A DNA stretch of 64,000 bases from assembly GCA_951406725.2 (NCBI GenBank), contig OX597831.1, positions 53,816,001-53,880,000 of the forward strand, in the 5' to 3' direction. Under the pieces are notes generated by a model. It saw only the letters and a program-made list of their open reading frames with translations, searched no databases and had not been told where the DNA came from. Both the position numbers and the translations under genes were made by a program. Position 1 is the first letter of the stretch; each line of letters opens with the position of its first letter. Positions 39,328 to 53,600 of this stretch are shown piece after piece. This DNA comes from Octopus vulgaris (taxonomy: Eukaryota).

Positions 39328-41045
39328 AAACCTGGTGTAAGCTATGGCTACATAAAAGGTGCAGCAATATCAGAGGAAGGTTAACAAGGAAAATAGCTTT
39401 GTGTGTGGAAGGTGCACCGGCACAATTAACACTAAAAATGTACAGAAAATAGATTCCATCACATGCCACGTAGTAGGGTTGGAGTTAAACTGGGGGGGGG
39501 GGGCACTTCAAGTTCGGTGGACGCTTTATACACAAGAATAAAAATCTTAGAAAATACCAAATTTAAATCTCAAAACCCGTTTCATGTAATTGAATTTGAT
39601 GAGTTAGCAGAGAAAGTTTAAATAAATGACTGAAAATGTCGCTTTATAGATACACTTCAAAATTCAAATTTCGTTTTACACACGTCCACTTGCAGTGTTT
39701 GACTTTTCTTTCATTGTGAAAAGTACAAAGAAGTGGGGAAGAAGGTGTAGGATTTTTTTTTCTTTAATATGAGTTACAAATGTTTCAGAAAGTGGAATAA
39801 GATAAAACGACAGAAAATTAGGAAAAAGAAAAAAAAAATCAATTTTGTGGTTGTTGCTGTTCCAAAGGCATGATGAGTGTGCATGTGTGTTTGTGTGTGA
39901 ATGGGTGGGGGAGACATCAACATTTAAAAGACATGGATTTTAAAATTTCTTCTTTTTAAATGGCTCCCCTTCATTGTTTTGCAATGCATGAAAAAGAAAG
40001 TAGGAGAAATCCCAACAAAAATAGGAAAATTCAAACAGCTATTTCCAAAGGTCTGCTTTTCCAGTTTCCAGTAGGGGCACAATGAGTAATATTTACTGCA
40101 TTTTTGACTTTGAAGAAAAAATATTTTTTTAAATTGTTCACTACCATGCCAAAATTATATCAGCTAAATGAAGACCTCTAAATGTAGTAAAACCTATAAC
40201 ATATTCAGCACACTATCTCAGAAAATTATCACTTTTGTCTTTGAGCATAAAGCAGACAAATTTAGGCTGGGCAACATGAGTAAGACAAGATAAAGTAAAT
40301 TTGCCTCTCCAGAATTACATACACATCAACATCCATCCTTAGACATCAGAAAGATCAAAAATACAACAAAAATTTTAATTTTCTTGGTCATGTGTAGGCT
40401 TTTAAGAAATGAAGCTAGTATGCCTCACTAGATTGCATAATGTCAGTGTGCATGCACGAGAAAGTGTAAGCATCCTAAGAGAAAAGGTGTGCATAAGTGA
40501 CATCAGATGTGGTGTGCAAGAGAGACAACTGCACTGGTATGGTCATATGATGCTTATGGACAAGGACAGCTGTGTGAAGATGTGTTGTACTCTAAGAGTG
40601 GAAGGAACCTGTGAAAGAGGTAGATGCAGGAGGACATGGGACAAGGTGGTGAAGCACAATCTTTGAATGTTGGGCCCTCATAGAGGCAATGACAAGCGAC
40701 TGAGACCTTTAGCGATATGCCATGCTTGAGAAGACCTGTCAAGCCAAGTGAGATTGTAATTGTGGTTCATTTCAGTGCCACGTGTCACATAACTGGGACA
40801 TTAAAGCACCCTTCAAAGGTTAGGCAATATGCTGTGCTTGTGAAGACCTGTCAAGCTAAGCGAAATCATAGTCATGGCCGATGCCAGTGCCATCTAACTG
40901 GCACATGTGCAGGTGGCACATAAAAAGCACTGTTTGAGTGTTGGGCCTCATGGAGGCAGTGACAGGTGACTGAGACCTTTGGTGATATACCTGCTTATGC
41001 AAATCTGTCAAGCCAAGTGAGACTGTGGTTGTAGCTGATACCAGT
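39328..41045 (+). mobile_element. RTE-clade LINE remnant with PHD-like finger, split by a ~0.9-kb insertion; tandemly duplicated 3' UTR
   Basis: 39328-39468 encodes CKLWLHKRCS...FVCGRC. 40400-40670 encodes QLHWYGHMM...VEGTCERGRCRRTW. AGACCTGTCAAGCCAAG-like units repeat across 40665-41045. Confidence 0.7.
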
Positions 41046-41079
41046 CTCAGGTCAAAAGAAACCCACTACACTCTCAGCT

Positions 41080-41395
41080 GCTATTTCTATGATTCTTGTG
41101 TTCTGCCTTGTGGAGGTAGAGGCTTTTGTGGAAGTTGTCTTAACTCTCCATCTTTAAAATCATGTGTAAAGCAAGCAGAGTTATCAACCACTTTGCACTC
41201 TACTCTTGATATGGTGGCAATAAATGAGGATACAGAATCATCCTGGAAACCATTCAAGAAGGCCACTTATCAATCATCTGTTGATGTTCTTGGTCTGCCC
41301 TTTCGAAAACACCATGACTGGTTTGATGATAATAATCAAACTGTTCAAAACCTTATAATTAAAATGCACAAATGCCATAAATAATGGCTAGATTA
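41080..41395 (+). mobile_element. RTE ORF2 linker fragment
   Basis: WKPFKKATY...LGLPFRKHHDWFDDNN matches the RTE RKHQDWFDEND motif. Confidence 0.7.
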
Positions 41396-41669
41396 GAAAA
41401 ATTCAGAACACATCTAAATATGCATGCATAACCAACTTTGATCTCTTTACATATTTTAATTCACAGTTGCAAACCCATCACTGTACATATTTCTTCCCAC
41501 TACTCCAATTTTTGAATTTTTGTGTATATATATTTCTCCCCACTACTGAAAGCTGAACAATTATCTCTCCTGCCCACAATAATAACGATAACCAATTACC
41601 TCCCCTTAGATTTTTCTACTTGTTAAATCATTCATTCATAAACTTCACACACAACATGAACAAAAAATT

Positions 41670-41735
41670 CTTCTGAAGAAAATATGTATTTCAATAAATT
41701 TTAATGTCATGAATAGCAAAAGCAAAACCGGTCAA
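41670..41735 (+). ncRNA. Degenerate hammerhead in PLE-like 3' region
   Basis: TT-CTGAAGA-44 nt-AAAAC-CG-GTC-AA; palindromic ACCGGT stem III. Confidence 0.45.
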
Positions 41736-41904
41736 CAAACACAATCCAAGATATATTAATAATTATATTAAAACTATGTAATGTGTGTACAATTTCCTTC
41801 TTTAATTTCTTATATATATATACACACACATATATATGCACACACACACAAACGCACATCTACACACACACATACACACCCACACACCTATATATATATA
41901 TACT

Positions 41905-42262
41905 TTTTCTTTGTGAATTAAGGCTACCATTGGCTTCAGGTTAAGAAAAGCAGGAAAATATCCTAGGGTTTTAACAATTTTTCAAGCCAATCACATAGAG
42001 AAAGGTATTCACCTCCATTTTAGAAAACAGTCTCATTTTGTTCTCGGTATTTCTCATAATTTCATGTAACATCCCTTGATTTATTGTTTTATTTACACAA
42101 AATTATGAGAAATCCCATAAACGAAGCGAGATTGTTTTCCAAAATGGAGGCAAACATCTTTCTCCATGTGTTTGGCTTGAAAAATTGTTAAGAAGCTAGG
42201 ATATTTTCCTACTTTTCTTAACATGAAACCAATGGTAGCCTTAATTCAGAAATGAAGAAATT
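41905..42262. repeat. Fold-back insertion; part duplicated at 42931-43039
   Basis: Arms at about 41907-42070 and 42104-42260; GAAACCAATGGTA half-core in both arms. Confidence 0.75.
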
Positions 42263-43276
42263 ATATATCCACCAATGTAATGTTGAGCACTCATTTCATT
42301 GTTCAACACACACACATATATATACTTGGAAATGAATGTATGGCGTTCAATTAGTAAATAATATAAATAATATATAAAAATACATGCATATATATATATT
42401 TGCATATATGTATACAGGACGTCATCAACAGTAAATAATGGGAAATACAAAAATAAATGAGTTGAATACGCAAACAACAAGAGAAAAAATGGAAAACAGG
42501 ACAAGTAACACAAAGAACAATCCTTCATCAGTTGTTTCAAGCATTGAACGACAATATGAATCTTCGAAGACAGTTGCTCCCATAAATGCCAAAATAAAAT
42601 TTGGGATTTATGGAGGGTCAAAGTTAGGAACAAAAACAGGACAGTGGAGACATACAAGGAAAGCAAATGAAAACAAACATGAAGGGTAAAATAGCAAATG
42701 CTGGAGAAATATTTTCTTTGAAAAGAGAGAAAATACAAGAGAGAGAAATAGAAGACGTCCAGTCCTTAGGACATTGTGAAGGAAAAGAAGATGAACAATG
42801 GTCATGTGTAAGCAATGAGAGAGAAAAAGAGAAAGAGGGGAGAGATAGAGACAGATAGAATACTGTGAAGGGGAGAAAAAGGGAATTAGAGAAGGATGGG
42901 GGAAAAAACACCCACATATGCATATATGTGTTTTAAAAATTTTTCAAGCCAATCACATAGAGAAAGGTATTCACCACCATTTTAGAAAACAGTCTCATTT
43001 TGTTCTCGGTATTTCTCATAATTTCATGTAACATCCCTTACGAGAAATCCGATGAGACGTAGCCTTTGGTAGATTGACTTGATTAAGTTTAATTTAATTT
43101 AATTAGGCTGGTTTGCCATTAAAAACGTTGAAACAATGCATTGTCTAAAGATGAATAGGGTAAATGTTTTTTTAATTTTCCTTTAATTTCTGAATTACTA
43201 CTACTTGGTGGTTTGAGTCCTGGCTGCTCTTTCTAGTGGGTCAAATGGCCTATTGAGGCCGTTCCTCAATTGTTGT

Positions 43277-43328
<52 letters not shown>

Positions 43329-46269
43329 TGTGTAGGCAAATTAAAAACCTCTTTTATATATGTGTGTGTGTGTGCTTGTATATAAACAGGTTTTCCATTG
43401 AATGTTATTTAGATAATGGAATGGAAATGGCAGAAAATTCCAATGTGACCTTGTAATATCTTATATATAATGTCATATATAAGATATCTTTTAGATATAC
43501 ATATCTTAGAAATAACTTCATAATTCTAAGCTAAATTTTTGCCTTCCATTCCACCAGAGGTTTATGAAATAATTATGAGTAATAAGATAAAACTAACTTA
43601 TTCTCCCATCGACTTGAAAATTAAATATTGAACCTAAGAAGAAGAAAACCATTGACTAATTATTGCTAATAAATATTTTATGGGAAACCAGTACAGCATT
43701 TTTGAGAAACATAGAGAGAGTTTGTTAATGTGATATTACACAAATACAGTGAGCTTGTTAATATAATATTACACAAATACAGAGAGTTTGTAGACAGATT
43801 CCATTAATATTCTGAGATATAAAATAAAAGTTATAAAAGTGAAACACTCATTATCAGCTATCAGTATACAATAAAACAAAAAGTTGCATTTGTAAGGACT
43901 CAGTCTATCTTGGATTTAGATGCTTTTGCAATTCTTGTGAGAATAGTTTCCGATACACCAATATCTCTTAATATGACAAAGTGAGGCATCAGATTTTAAT
44001 ATTTATAAATTATATAAACACCAGTTCTTAAATAGATCGATAAAATTAAAGTAGGTTCTAGGTAGATTTGTACTAGATGAATAATTGTTTGGGAAACCTA
44101 TTGGAATGGCAGTTGAATACTGCAGCAGCTTATTTATTCTAGAACTGCCTGACTGAGACAGTATCATAGTTATGGTATTGAAATATTATTTGTATCTATA
44201 ATGCCCCAGAAACTTCATCATGTGCTGTAGATATTTTGGCAACATATCAACTTTATAAATAAATGTTATCCATATTTTAGAGATTAACTTTTAGTCTTCT
44301 ATTTACCAGAAAGTTAACCGAGATTGATTTATAATATATCAATCACCACTAAGAATAAATGTCAGTTGGTTATATCTACTGAAAGCTTTAATCTTACATA
44401 TTTACAACTGTTATCTAAACTTTGTTGATAAATCATTTATTTCCACAATATGTTCAGCCAATGAAGTATTACTTTATGGAGTATTTAAAAATAAAATTCA
44501 CCCCCACCCCCCCCCCCAAAAAAAAAAACTGAATATTATTATGTTTGCATGACAGATTTTTAAATGTCAGTTTCAATTTTACAAAAAATATTAAAAGACT
44601 TAATAAAGCTTGATAGATGAGACATTTCTCTAATTTGATGAAATATTGCAGATTCACTCAAATTTTAATCAATATCCTGGCCAGTATGGATAGCCAAGAA
44701 CTAAAGACCATGGTCTTCTTGAATCATCTACTGGAAATAACAGATGATATGCCTTGTGGGATCTAATTAGCATTCTAAATGGAGTCATAATTGTCAAAGA
44801 GTTCAGAGGGTGAAATAAGTAAAACAAATTTGGAAAGAATGAACTTCTCTTTTTCCCCACAAAATATATGTATGAAAAATGTATACTGCTGTTGGTGGTG
44901 GTGTTGTTCTTGTTTAACCCCAGGTCAGTAGTGTTCAAGTAGATCTATGATCAAAGGCACTCAAGCTGTGATCATCTTATTTATTTCTGATATAGTATAT
45001 TTTTTGGACTATATTATTTAATGTATCCTCTCTTTTTACAGGTTGGGATTTGATGGAAAGCTGTTTGTGCAATATAAGCTTGTTAAGTGTAAGCTGAAGA
45101 AATAATAAAAATATGTAATGCTGTTAGCCAAATGAAATGGTTTTACATCATTTTTGCTATGATGTGTTCAGCTAATTCAAAGTAAAAATGAACCATTTTT
45201 GGTGACTGCATCATTAAGGCATTGATGTGTGGTAAAAAGTTTATTTCCAAACCACTTGGGTTCAAGTTCAGTCCCACAGAAGATCGCTGTGTGCAAGTGT
45301 CTTCCCTGAATAACCAAATGTGAATGAATTTGGTATAAAAAAGTAGGTGGAAGCCTGTCATATATATATATATATATTATATTCTTCTTAACATTCTTTT
45401 TGTATTGTTAGCACACTGGGTGAAATGCTTAGTGGTATTTCGTCTGTCTTTACTTTCTGAGATCAAATTCCACCAAGGTCGACTTTGCCTTTCATCCTTT
45501 CGAGGTCAATAAATTAAGTACCAGTTGCATACTGGGGTTGATCTAATCGACTGGACTCCCTCCCCAAAAATTTCGGGCCTTGTGCCTAGAGCAGAAAAGA
45601 ACATTCTTTTTGTATGTGTTTGCCTATTAGAGTTATTTTCTTAGTTCACTTTGAATTTAATCAATTTTTGATTTAATGACATTGTGTTAACATATATTTT
45701 TGGATATATTAATTTGGCTGGTATTTTATACCTTTTCTGTATCTAAATATGCTGGCACAATAGAAACAGTTGTTGATAATGTAAGGTGTAATCACCAATT
45801 AAAGATGTGATTTTCTCCATTCTTATTCTTTTTGTCTTATAATCTGAATTTCTTGAAATTCTTCTATGTGATATTTGGATTTACTTATCATATTTTGGAT
45901 GTTAATTCTACTTGCATTTATTGATATCTGATTGTTGGATAGAGTAACCAAATTCATTTAACACTGAGTGCTTTCTAGATATCTACCTGGATTTATTAAT
46001 CCCTTTTACTTCTTGTTATATATATATATATATCTTTCATCTTTTACTTGTTTCAGTCATTAGACTGTCGCCATGTTGGGACACCTCCTTGAAGAATTGT
46101 AGTCCAACTTATTGACACCAGTACATATTATTCTTTTGTAAAACTTGGTACTAATTCTATCAGTCTCTTTTGTTGAACCACTAAGTTACGGGAACATAAA
46201 CACACCAATACCACTTGTCAAGCAGTGGTTGGGGACAAATATATACACAAAGACTTACACACATATATA

Positions 46270-46860
46270 TATTAAAATTGCTTAGAGGATAAGTTACCCT
46301 CATAAAGGGATGTTTGCATCCAAGGAAATACTGGTTTTATACCTAGTAATTTTGGGAAATGAAATTTCTTTAAATCAATAGGTATGTATTAAGAATAAAG
46401 TTCGTGTTCAGCTAAATGAAGGAAAGAAAATGGAGAGTTAAGATGATAATAATTATTTATTATTAAAAAATTGGTAATCTTTACTTCTTACAAATGTTTC
46501 CATTAGTGCTCAAGAGATAAAATACAAATTTATGCTTTAAATTTGCATTTATATGTATGAGCATAATTACATCAGAGAAAGATATACATTAAGGTGTGGA
46601 CACTACCATTCACGCAAGCAGAGTCTGCTTGCATTAATGGTAGGGTTCACATGTAATATCTTAATGTATATCTTTCTCAGATGAAATTACGCTCATAACA
46701 TGTAAATGCAAATTTAAAACATGAATTTATATTTCACCTATTGAGCACTAATGGAAATGGTTGTAAGAAGTAAAGATTACCAATTTTTTAATAATAAATA
46801 ATTATTATCATCTTAACTCTCCATTTTCTTTCCTTCATTTAACTGAACATGAACTTTATA
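46270..46860. mobile_element. Penelope-like hairpin (about 465 bp) with hammerheads in both arms and a left tail
   Basis: Arms 46395-46621 and 46624-46859. Plus arm: TTCT-CAGATGA-69 nt-GAAAT-ggtt-GTA-AGAA. Minus arm: TTCT-CTGATGT...GAAAC-attt-GTA-AGAA. Confidence 0.8.
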
Positions 46861-46872
46861 TATGTGTATATG

Positions 46873-46909
<37 letters not shown>

Positions 46910-47427
46910 GTGAGAGACCAGATCTGGTTGGTTCAACATAGAACTGGTAAAATATTTAGGCTGAATATAGCTGGTTTAAATGCTCAAGGATTAGACCCTT
47001 CAAGGCAGCACTCCAACATGGCCACAGTCTAATGACTGAGACAAGTAAAAGATAAAAGACATGAATTAGTTGTAATATTGTTTATCTCCACTTTCTCTCT
47101 TCCTCTTTAGGAAGGAAGGAAGCAATATGCTTATGGGTTTCTAAGTAACCACTGTTTTCACTTTCATTCTTTTAAGTTGGTACTGGATAATATTTCTGGT
47201 AATCCTTCCACATGTTCTGCATTCCTTAAAGAGTTTTCCTGGCAGCCTCAACTCTCTGGGTTAGCCTGATCCCTCAGAAACTATTTTCTATTTTCTCTTC
47301 TTCTTTTTTTTTGTTTGTGTTTTATATTACATTCAGTTCTCTTCATTGATTTATTTTATTTTTAATCCATGAAGCTTTAGGAAATCTGTCTAGGGAAGTT
47401 TCTAAGGTATGCGCTGCTGAGTTTTCA

Positions 47428-47820
47428 ACTACTACTACCACTACTACTACTAGCAGCACCACCACCACCAATACAACTACTACTAATGGCAGCAGCTACA
47501 TCACCACAACCTCTACTACTACTACTACCACCACCACCACCACCACCATTACTACTATTCCCACCACCATCCCTACTACAACTGCTATCGCTACCACCAC
47601 CACCACCACTACTACTACTAGCAGCAGCAGCTACATAACCACTACTACTATTACTACCCCCACCACTACCACTACTACCACCACCACTATTATTCCCATC
47701 ATCACCACCACTGTTACTACTGCTATCACTACCACTACTACAACTATCACCACCACTACCACTACTACTATCACCACCACCATCACAACTACTGCTACTA
47801 ATACTACTACTGCTGCTGCA
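47428..47820. repeat. Compound (CTA/CCA/GCA)n trinucleotide tract
   Basis: Directly visible; source of the Gly/Ser and Val pseudo-ORFs. Confidence 0.9.
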
Positions 47821-48361
47821 CAGTTTTCTGTCCATTGTTTCCAGTGCATGAGAGACTGAAATACCAAAGTTACATAAAACAGACAGAAAATTATTTTTAA
47901 AAGAAATAAATGATTGATTTTTGGCTCAGATTTTGTTCATTTTTTTTTTTTTCACATTTCTTTATTTAGTTACTTGTTTAAAGTTTAACTAAAGTATGTC
48001 TTGGATGTTATTTATTATCATTTGTGTGAGAGGAGCAGGTGGGGGGGGGGATCAGATGTTTGTCAGGTGTATATTTTCTCATGAAGAATTTAATCCTTAT
48101 GCTTTACTTGTTTCAATCATTGGACTATGCCATGCTGGAGCACTACCTTGAAAGATTTAGTTGAGTGGTTCTCAACCATTTTTGCCTGTGGACTCCTTTG
48201 ATTACCACTGCCACTTGAAATTGGAAAACTAATTTTATAGATGCTTCTTTCAAAATTCCCATTTCATTTTTTCACACCTTTAGCATTCTGATTACTCTGT
48301 CAAGTGAATTATTCACTTTTTTTTTAATTAGTCATGTATTATCTTGTAGCTTCAAGATTAA

Positions 48362-48691
48362 CACTACAAGGACCAGACTTTTCACTTACCTTTAAGGATC
48401 AGAATTGCGTCAATTGACGCAAAGATGTTTTATAATTTGAAACGGAAAAAGAAATGGAGAAGTAAAAAAACCCTTTATTAAATGTATAAATCTATTGAAT
48501 TTTGTGACTTCATGTCGTTTATTTGTTTTTGTTTTTACAGTTGGTGCACACAACCTATAATATATAGTGTATATAGATATCACAAAACTATGAAAAGTGA
48601 ATCACCATGACGTCAAAATTTACAGTAATTTTGAGTTGTGTGCAGCTGAGATTTCAAGATGCATCAGTTGATATACTTGGTCCTTCTAGTG
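48362..48691. mobile_element. piggyBac-type MITE
   Basis: TTAA|CACTACAAGGACCA...TGGTCCTTCTAGTG|TTAA. Confidence 0.8.
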
Positions 48692-49066
48692 TTAAAATAA
48701 TGTGGTTATTTATTTTTAGATTGACATTGTAGGGTAGGCATAAGAGGCACCTTGGGCAAGTGTCGTCTATTATAGCCTCAGGCTGATCAAAACCTTGTGA
48801 GTGGATTTGGTAGATGGAAACTAAAAGAAGCCTGTTGTATATATCTATATATATATATATATTTATGTATGTGTGTGTGCGTCATTGTATCAGAGTTTGT
48901 CCTCCCACCATTGTATTATGTCCCGTAACTTAGCAGTTCAGCAAAAGAACTGATAGCATAAGTACTAGGCTTACAAAGATTAAGTCCTGAGATTGATTTC
49001 TTCAACAAAAACCCTTTAAGGCAGTGCTCCAGCATGGCTACAGTTGGATGACTGAAAAAAGTAAAA

Positions 49067-49104
<38 letters not shown>

Positions 49105-49633
49105 CAGGTTTCTTTCAATTTCCTGCTATGAAATCCACTCACAAGGCTTTGATCAGTATAGGACTTTAGTGGAAGACACTTGCACACAATAGGACTGAAC
49201 CCAAGACCACATGGTTGGGAAGCAAGCTTAGCAAGCTTCTTACAACACAGCCATGACTGTTGAATCAAGAAACTAAAATAACATATTTACTATCATTATT
49301 CATTGTTATTCTGTTTGTTTCTATAATTCCTTATCTCAGCTATTAATTTCTAATCCTCAATAATTACCCTTTTAAAACTGTTGAAAAATATATAAAAAAA
49401 GAATAACGACTATTGGTGCATTAGTTATGTTTAGCCCTAGGTCACTTGTAATTGGAACAAGTACCTATGTCATGTCAGTCATTTTGGATTATACACCATC
49501 GCATAATGGGTATTTAGATAACTGCAACCTTGGCCCAGCTTATAGCTTCAGGCATATCTTTAATTACTAAAAAAATGTCAACTACTTTCCCAGATATTGG
49601 TTTTTCTATTGTAATTGCTTGAATAAGAAACAG

Positions 49634-49670
<37 letters not shown>

Positions 49671-49768
49671 GAATGTATATATATATGTATATCTATAAGT
49701 ATATATATATTCACACACACACATATAATATATAATATATATAATATATATATATATGTATATACATA

Positions 49769-49969
49769 CTGTGATCCCCCACCATATCGCGGTTTACCTA
49801 TCATGCACTCAGTACATTGCGGATTTTTCTGGCTAATATAAATTTATATCACAGATTCTTCAGCATATCTGGGTTTCTGTGGCTGATAAGTATTTATATC
49901 TTTTTATATTTTAATTATCTGTGTGGGAGGTTTTGAAACATAACACCTGTGATAGTTGAGGGATTACTG
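49769..49969. mobile_element. pogo/Tigger-like MITE
   Basis: TA|CTGTGATCCCCCACCATATCGCGG...CCTGTGATAGTTGAGGGATTACTG|TA imperfect TIRs. Confidence 0.6.
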
Positions 49970-49976
49970 TATATAT

Positions 49977-50140
49977 ACATCATCATCATTTAATGTCTGC
50001 TTTCCATGCTAGCATGGGTTGGACAATTTGACTGAGGACTGGCGAACCAGATGCCTACACCAATCTGATCTGGCAGAGTTTCAACAGCTGGATGCCCTTC
50101 CTAATACCAACCACTCTGAGAGTGTAGTAGGTGCTTTTTA
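49977..50140 (-). mobile_element. RTE-tailed SINE/LINE 3' end with (GAT)n tail
   Basis: CATCATCATTTAATGTCTGCTTTCCATGCTAGCATGGGTTGGAC; related copies at 27392-27580, 38099-38205 and 56745-56905(+). Confidence 0.65.
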
Positions 50141-50150
50141 TACATGTATA

Positions 50151-50630
50151 TAATATATAATAATATTGTGAAATAATATAAGGAGATTAATATCAGAAAA
50201 ATTCTTCAGAAAGATTTATACATGTGTAGAATAATTATTGTATTAAAAATATAAATATATATAAAAATATATGTAAATATGTATAAGTATAAATATATAA
50301 ATATAATAAATATGACAGTTTAAAATAAAATTTTAAAGCATCTTACAAACGTTTTGCAAAAGTATTGTCTCTATAATGGAAATTTGAAATATAACAAAGT
50401 AACTTTTTTATATTTCAAATAAAAACCATTTTCCCATATTACTTCATATTTTAAAAAAAATACCTTTTAATAAATTATACAAACTTCACATTTTATATCT
50501 CTGAGGAGCAGAAGTATTGTCTATAAATGTTTATCAATATAGGATTCCATTATAGAGACAATACTTTTACGAAACAATCATAAGATGCTTTTAAAAACTT
50601 AATTTTAAACTATTAAATTTTAACCTGTCA

Positions 50631-50700
<70 letters not shown>

Positions 50701-50970
50701 CATATATTTATACTTATACATATTTACATATATTTTTATATATATTTATATTTTTAATACAATAACTATTTTACACATGTATGTATCTTTCTGAAGAATT
50801 TTTCTGACATTAATTTCCTGATATTATTTCACAATGTATTATATATTATATATAATCACTCGTATTAAATGTATAAATACTTTAATAGTATTAATACTTT
50901 GATACAAAAGAGCACTGACTATAAATTCAGTATATAATATTCTTATAGAATATATTTAACTAAAGATTTA
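50151..50970 (+). mobile_element. Penelope-like fold-back with long-stem-II hammerhead
   Basis: Arms at about 50151-50381 and 50545-50851. Hammerhead 50497-50586: ATCT-CTGAGGA-GCAGAAGTATTGTCT...AGACAATACTTTTAC-GAAAC-aatc-ATA-AGAT; the other arm keeps GTA. Confidence 0.8.
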
Positions 50971-53064
50971 TATACATGTATATATATGTGTGTGTGTGTG
51001 TGTGTATTATGTATATATATATACATATGTGTGTGTGTGTGTGTGTTTGTGTGTATTTATATATACGTATGTATAGATACATTTATATGTTTATATATAT
51101 ATATATATAAGTAAATCAGGAGGCAGCGGGGGTGTTAGATACCTTATTTAGGTTAAATTACAACAATCTATCTTAAATACAAATACCATTACACCCATTC
51201 ATATTTGTATTAATATATTATTCTGTTGTCGTCATTGAGACAGTATACTTATGCACATATAGCACTTTGCTTTGTAATCTTAATTCCTCCTATCCTCTCT
51301 ATCTTATACACTTGCAAATTATATGTGGTATTCTTTCTGTATCAGCCTTTTGTAGCTAATCTCTGACAACCTCTCAACATACACTCTTTCCTTCTCTTTT
51401 CTCTGTAGACTTACTACTTGAACCACTTAAGTGATTCTCATTTCATGTCATAGCAATAGAAGAAAGCTGTTAGTATTATTCAACAGCTCTAGCCATGGAA
51501 GAAGGTTTGGCAAGTTACATGTGGTGGCTCTACAGCCTGCACAGATGTAAGAAACTTTGTTCTTATACAGTGTTATTCATTTAGTTTTCATGTTTTTCTC
51601 TTGCTTTTTTTTTCATATCTCTCTAAGTTGTTAGAGTCATGACCATTAAATTCTCATGATTGGCGCTAATGTGAGATCACTTACTACAGATACAATCAAG
51701 GATGTAAGCATTTTATAATTGAAAGACAAAAATAAATAGATAAATAAATGAAAAGGACTTTCGATCAGCACAAATTAACAACTATGGTTTAACCCTGTTA
51801 AACTCTTAGACAAATTTGTGAAACGAAACCAGATAATGTTAGCATATCTTTGATTCATCTGGTAGATTCTTAGCCATAGCTGACTATAAATGCCCATTAA
51901 AAAATACATATCTCTCAACGTAAGTGTTCTGTTATATATATTTTTTTTTATCTCTTGCAGATTTTTATTCTTTTCCTTTTGACTGAACTTTAGTCAGAGA
52001 AATACAACCAACAAAGAAATGTAATATACTTTGAACAAAATAAAAAAAAAAGTCATGGCTTTTTTTCCTTTACTCTCTTCTTTAAATCTGTTGAACTTCA
52101 CACCTCAAGAAATATTTGATATCTGTTTTTCTTTGTTTTGTTTTTCCTTTTTACTTCACCATTTAGTCATAACTTTTCTTTGTACACCACTCTAGTTGTA
52201 AAATGCACTTCCCATCATCACTTGGTGTTACTCTAATAACTTAGTAATATGGCTGTTTTGAAAGAAAAAAATTCAAGTTACTCCAGGAAATAGTTGAAAG
52301 AAAATGTTACCAATACATTTCCAATGTATTCTGTACATATGCACTAGAATACTTTAATAGTTTACATTAAGATAAAATAGACATATGGTTGATATAAAAA
52401 CTCATATAGCATTACATCAAGTAATTAATGTTCAGATAAAAGCCACCATAGTATTGTGATACATCATCCATCACCACATTTTACATATGTTTCCCAGCTC
52501 TTGAATGGATTAGAAATAATTTACCAGATAACCTCTAACTATTTAGTCCTGCCCTCAATCTGTCTTAGTTCTTATGTCAGTCTATATCATCTAGTTTAAG
52601 ATTACCACAAAATACCAGTCTACAAACATCTGTCCAATTATTCATAATCACATGTCCACATCATCTCAGATTTCCTTTTTGGAGAATTGAATAAATATGA
52701 GCACAATGGTTTTTTTTTTTTTCATTTCCAGACTGAAACTAAATCTGTTATAATTATGTTAAGCATTCAGAAGGGAGTATAAAAAATGGTTATAAGAATA
52801 GGTGACTTAAATAAACTAAATAATTATTTTGCATACATTTTCTTTCTAAACTTAACTACTCTATAGTTAAATAATTTAAGACACACCACTTATAAATATG
52901 TATTTTAAAACCAGAAGCTTCCTGTTTGTTATCAAACTTGTTATGGGCCTTTTCCAGCCACTTTCCTCATTTAACTGATCATATAAGCATAATATATTTT
53001 TAGTGACAGTGTGCTAAGTCAGCAGTTTCAGTTGTGGTGCAAGACTCATGCATACCTTCTAGAC

Positions 53065-53379
53065 CAGTGGTTCTTAATTGGGGCCTATATAAGATTTTGG
53101 GGAGTACTTGCAAGCAAATATTAAATTGGGGATTCATAAGTAGTATTTTAAGGATCCATGAAAAATTTCACTTAACATGTAGTTATTTCAAGAAATTGTA
53201 AAATTTCTTTCTCTAATGTTCATCCAACACAAGTTAATGTGTGACAAATAAAATAAGAAATTTGAAAGAAGTATCTATAAATCTAATTTTTAAACATCAA
53301 ATGGCTACAGGGGTTCACAAAAATAAAATAGTAATAAAAGGGGTTCATAAATAAAAAAAAAAATGGTTGAGAACCCCTG
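53065..53379. mobile_element. hAT (Charlie-like) MITE
   Basis: Termini CAGTGGTTCTTAA...TTGAGAACCCCTG; TSD not preserved; related fragment at about 48164. Confidence 0.55.
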
Positions 53380-53600
53380 TGGGCAACCCTTTCTGCCTGG
53401 TAAACATTGTGTGCAATCAGAAAATGACATACTTTGGCTATTCTGGTTGCAAGCGACTTGACAAGCTTAATCCTTTTGATACCAACCTGCTTGGGAACAT
53501 TTTTGAGTCTATGACACAAACTTCCAGTTTTAAAATGATCTAAATTAAAATCTTCCAGCAAAATTTCATGTTCTATATTTAAGAGATGAGGAATTATGTA

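Noticed and set aside
44669-44760. LGYPYWPG resembling a PWWP motif
   Set aside because: Followed almost immediately by a stop, with no donor site or other PWWP features.
47425-47835. Gly/Ser-rich 136-aa ORF
   Set aside because: Compound trinucleotide microsatellite.
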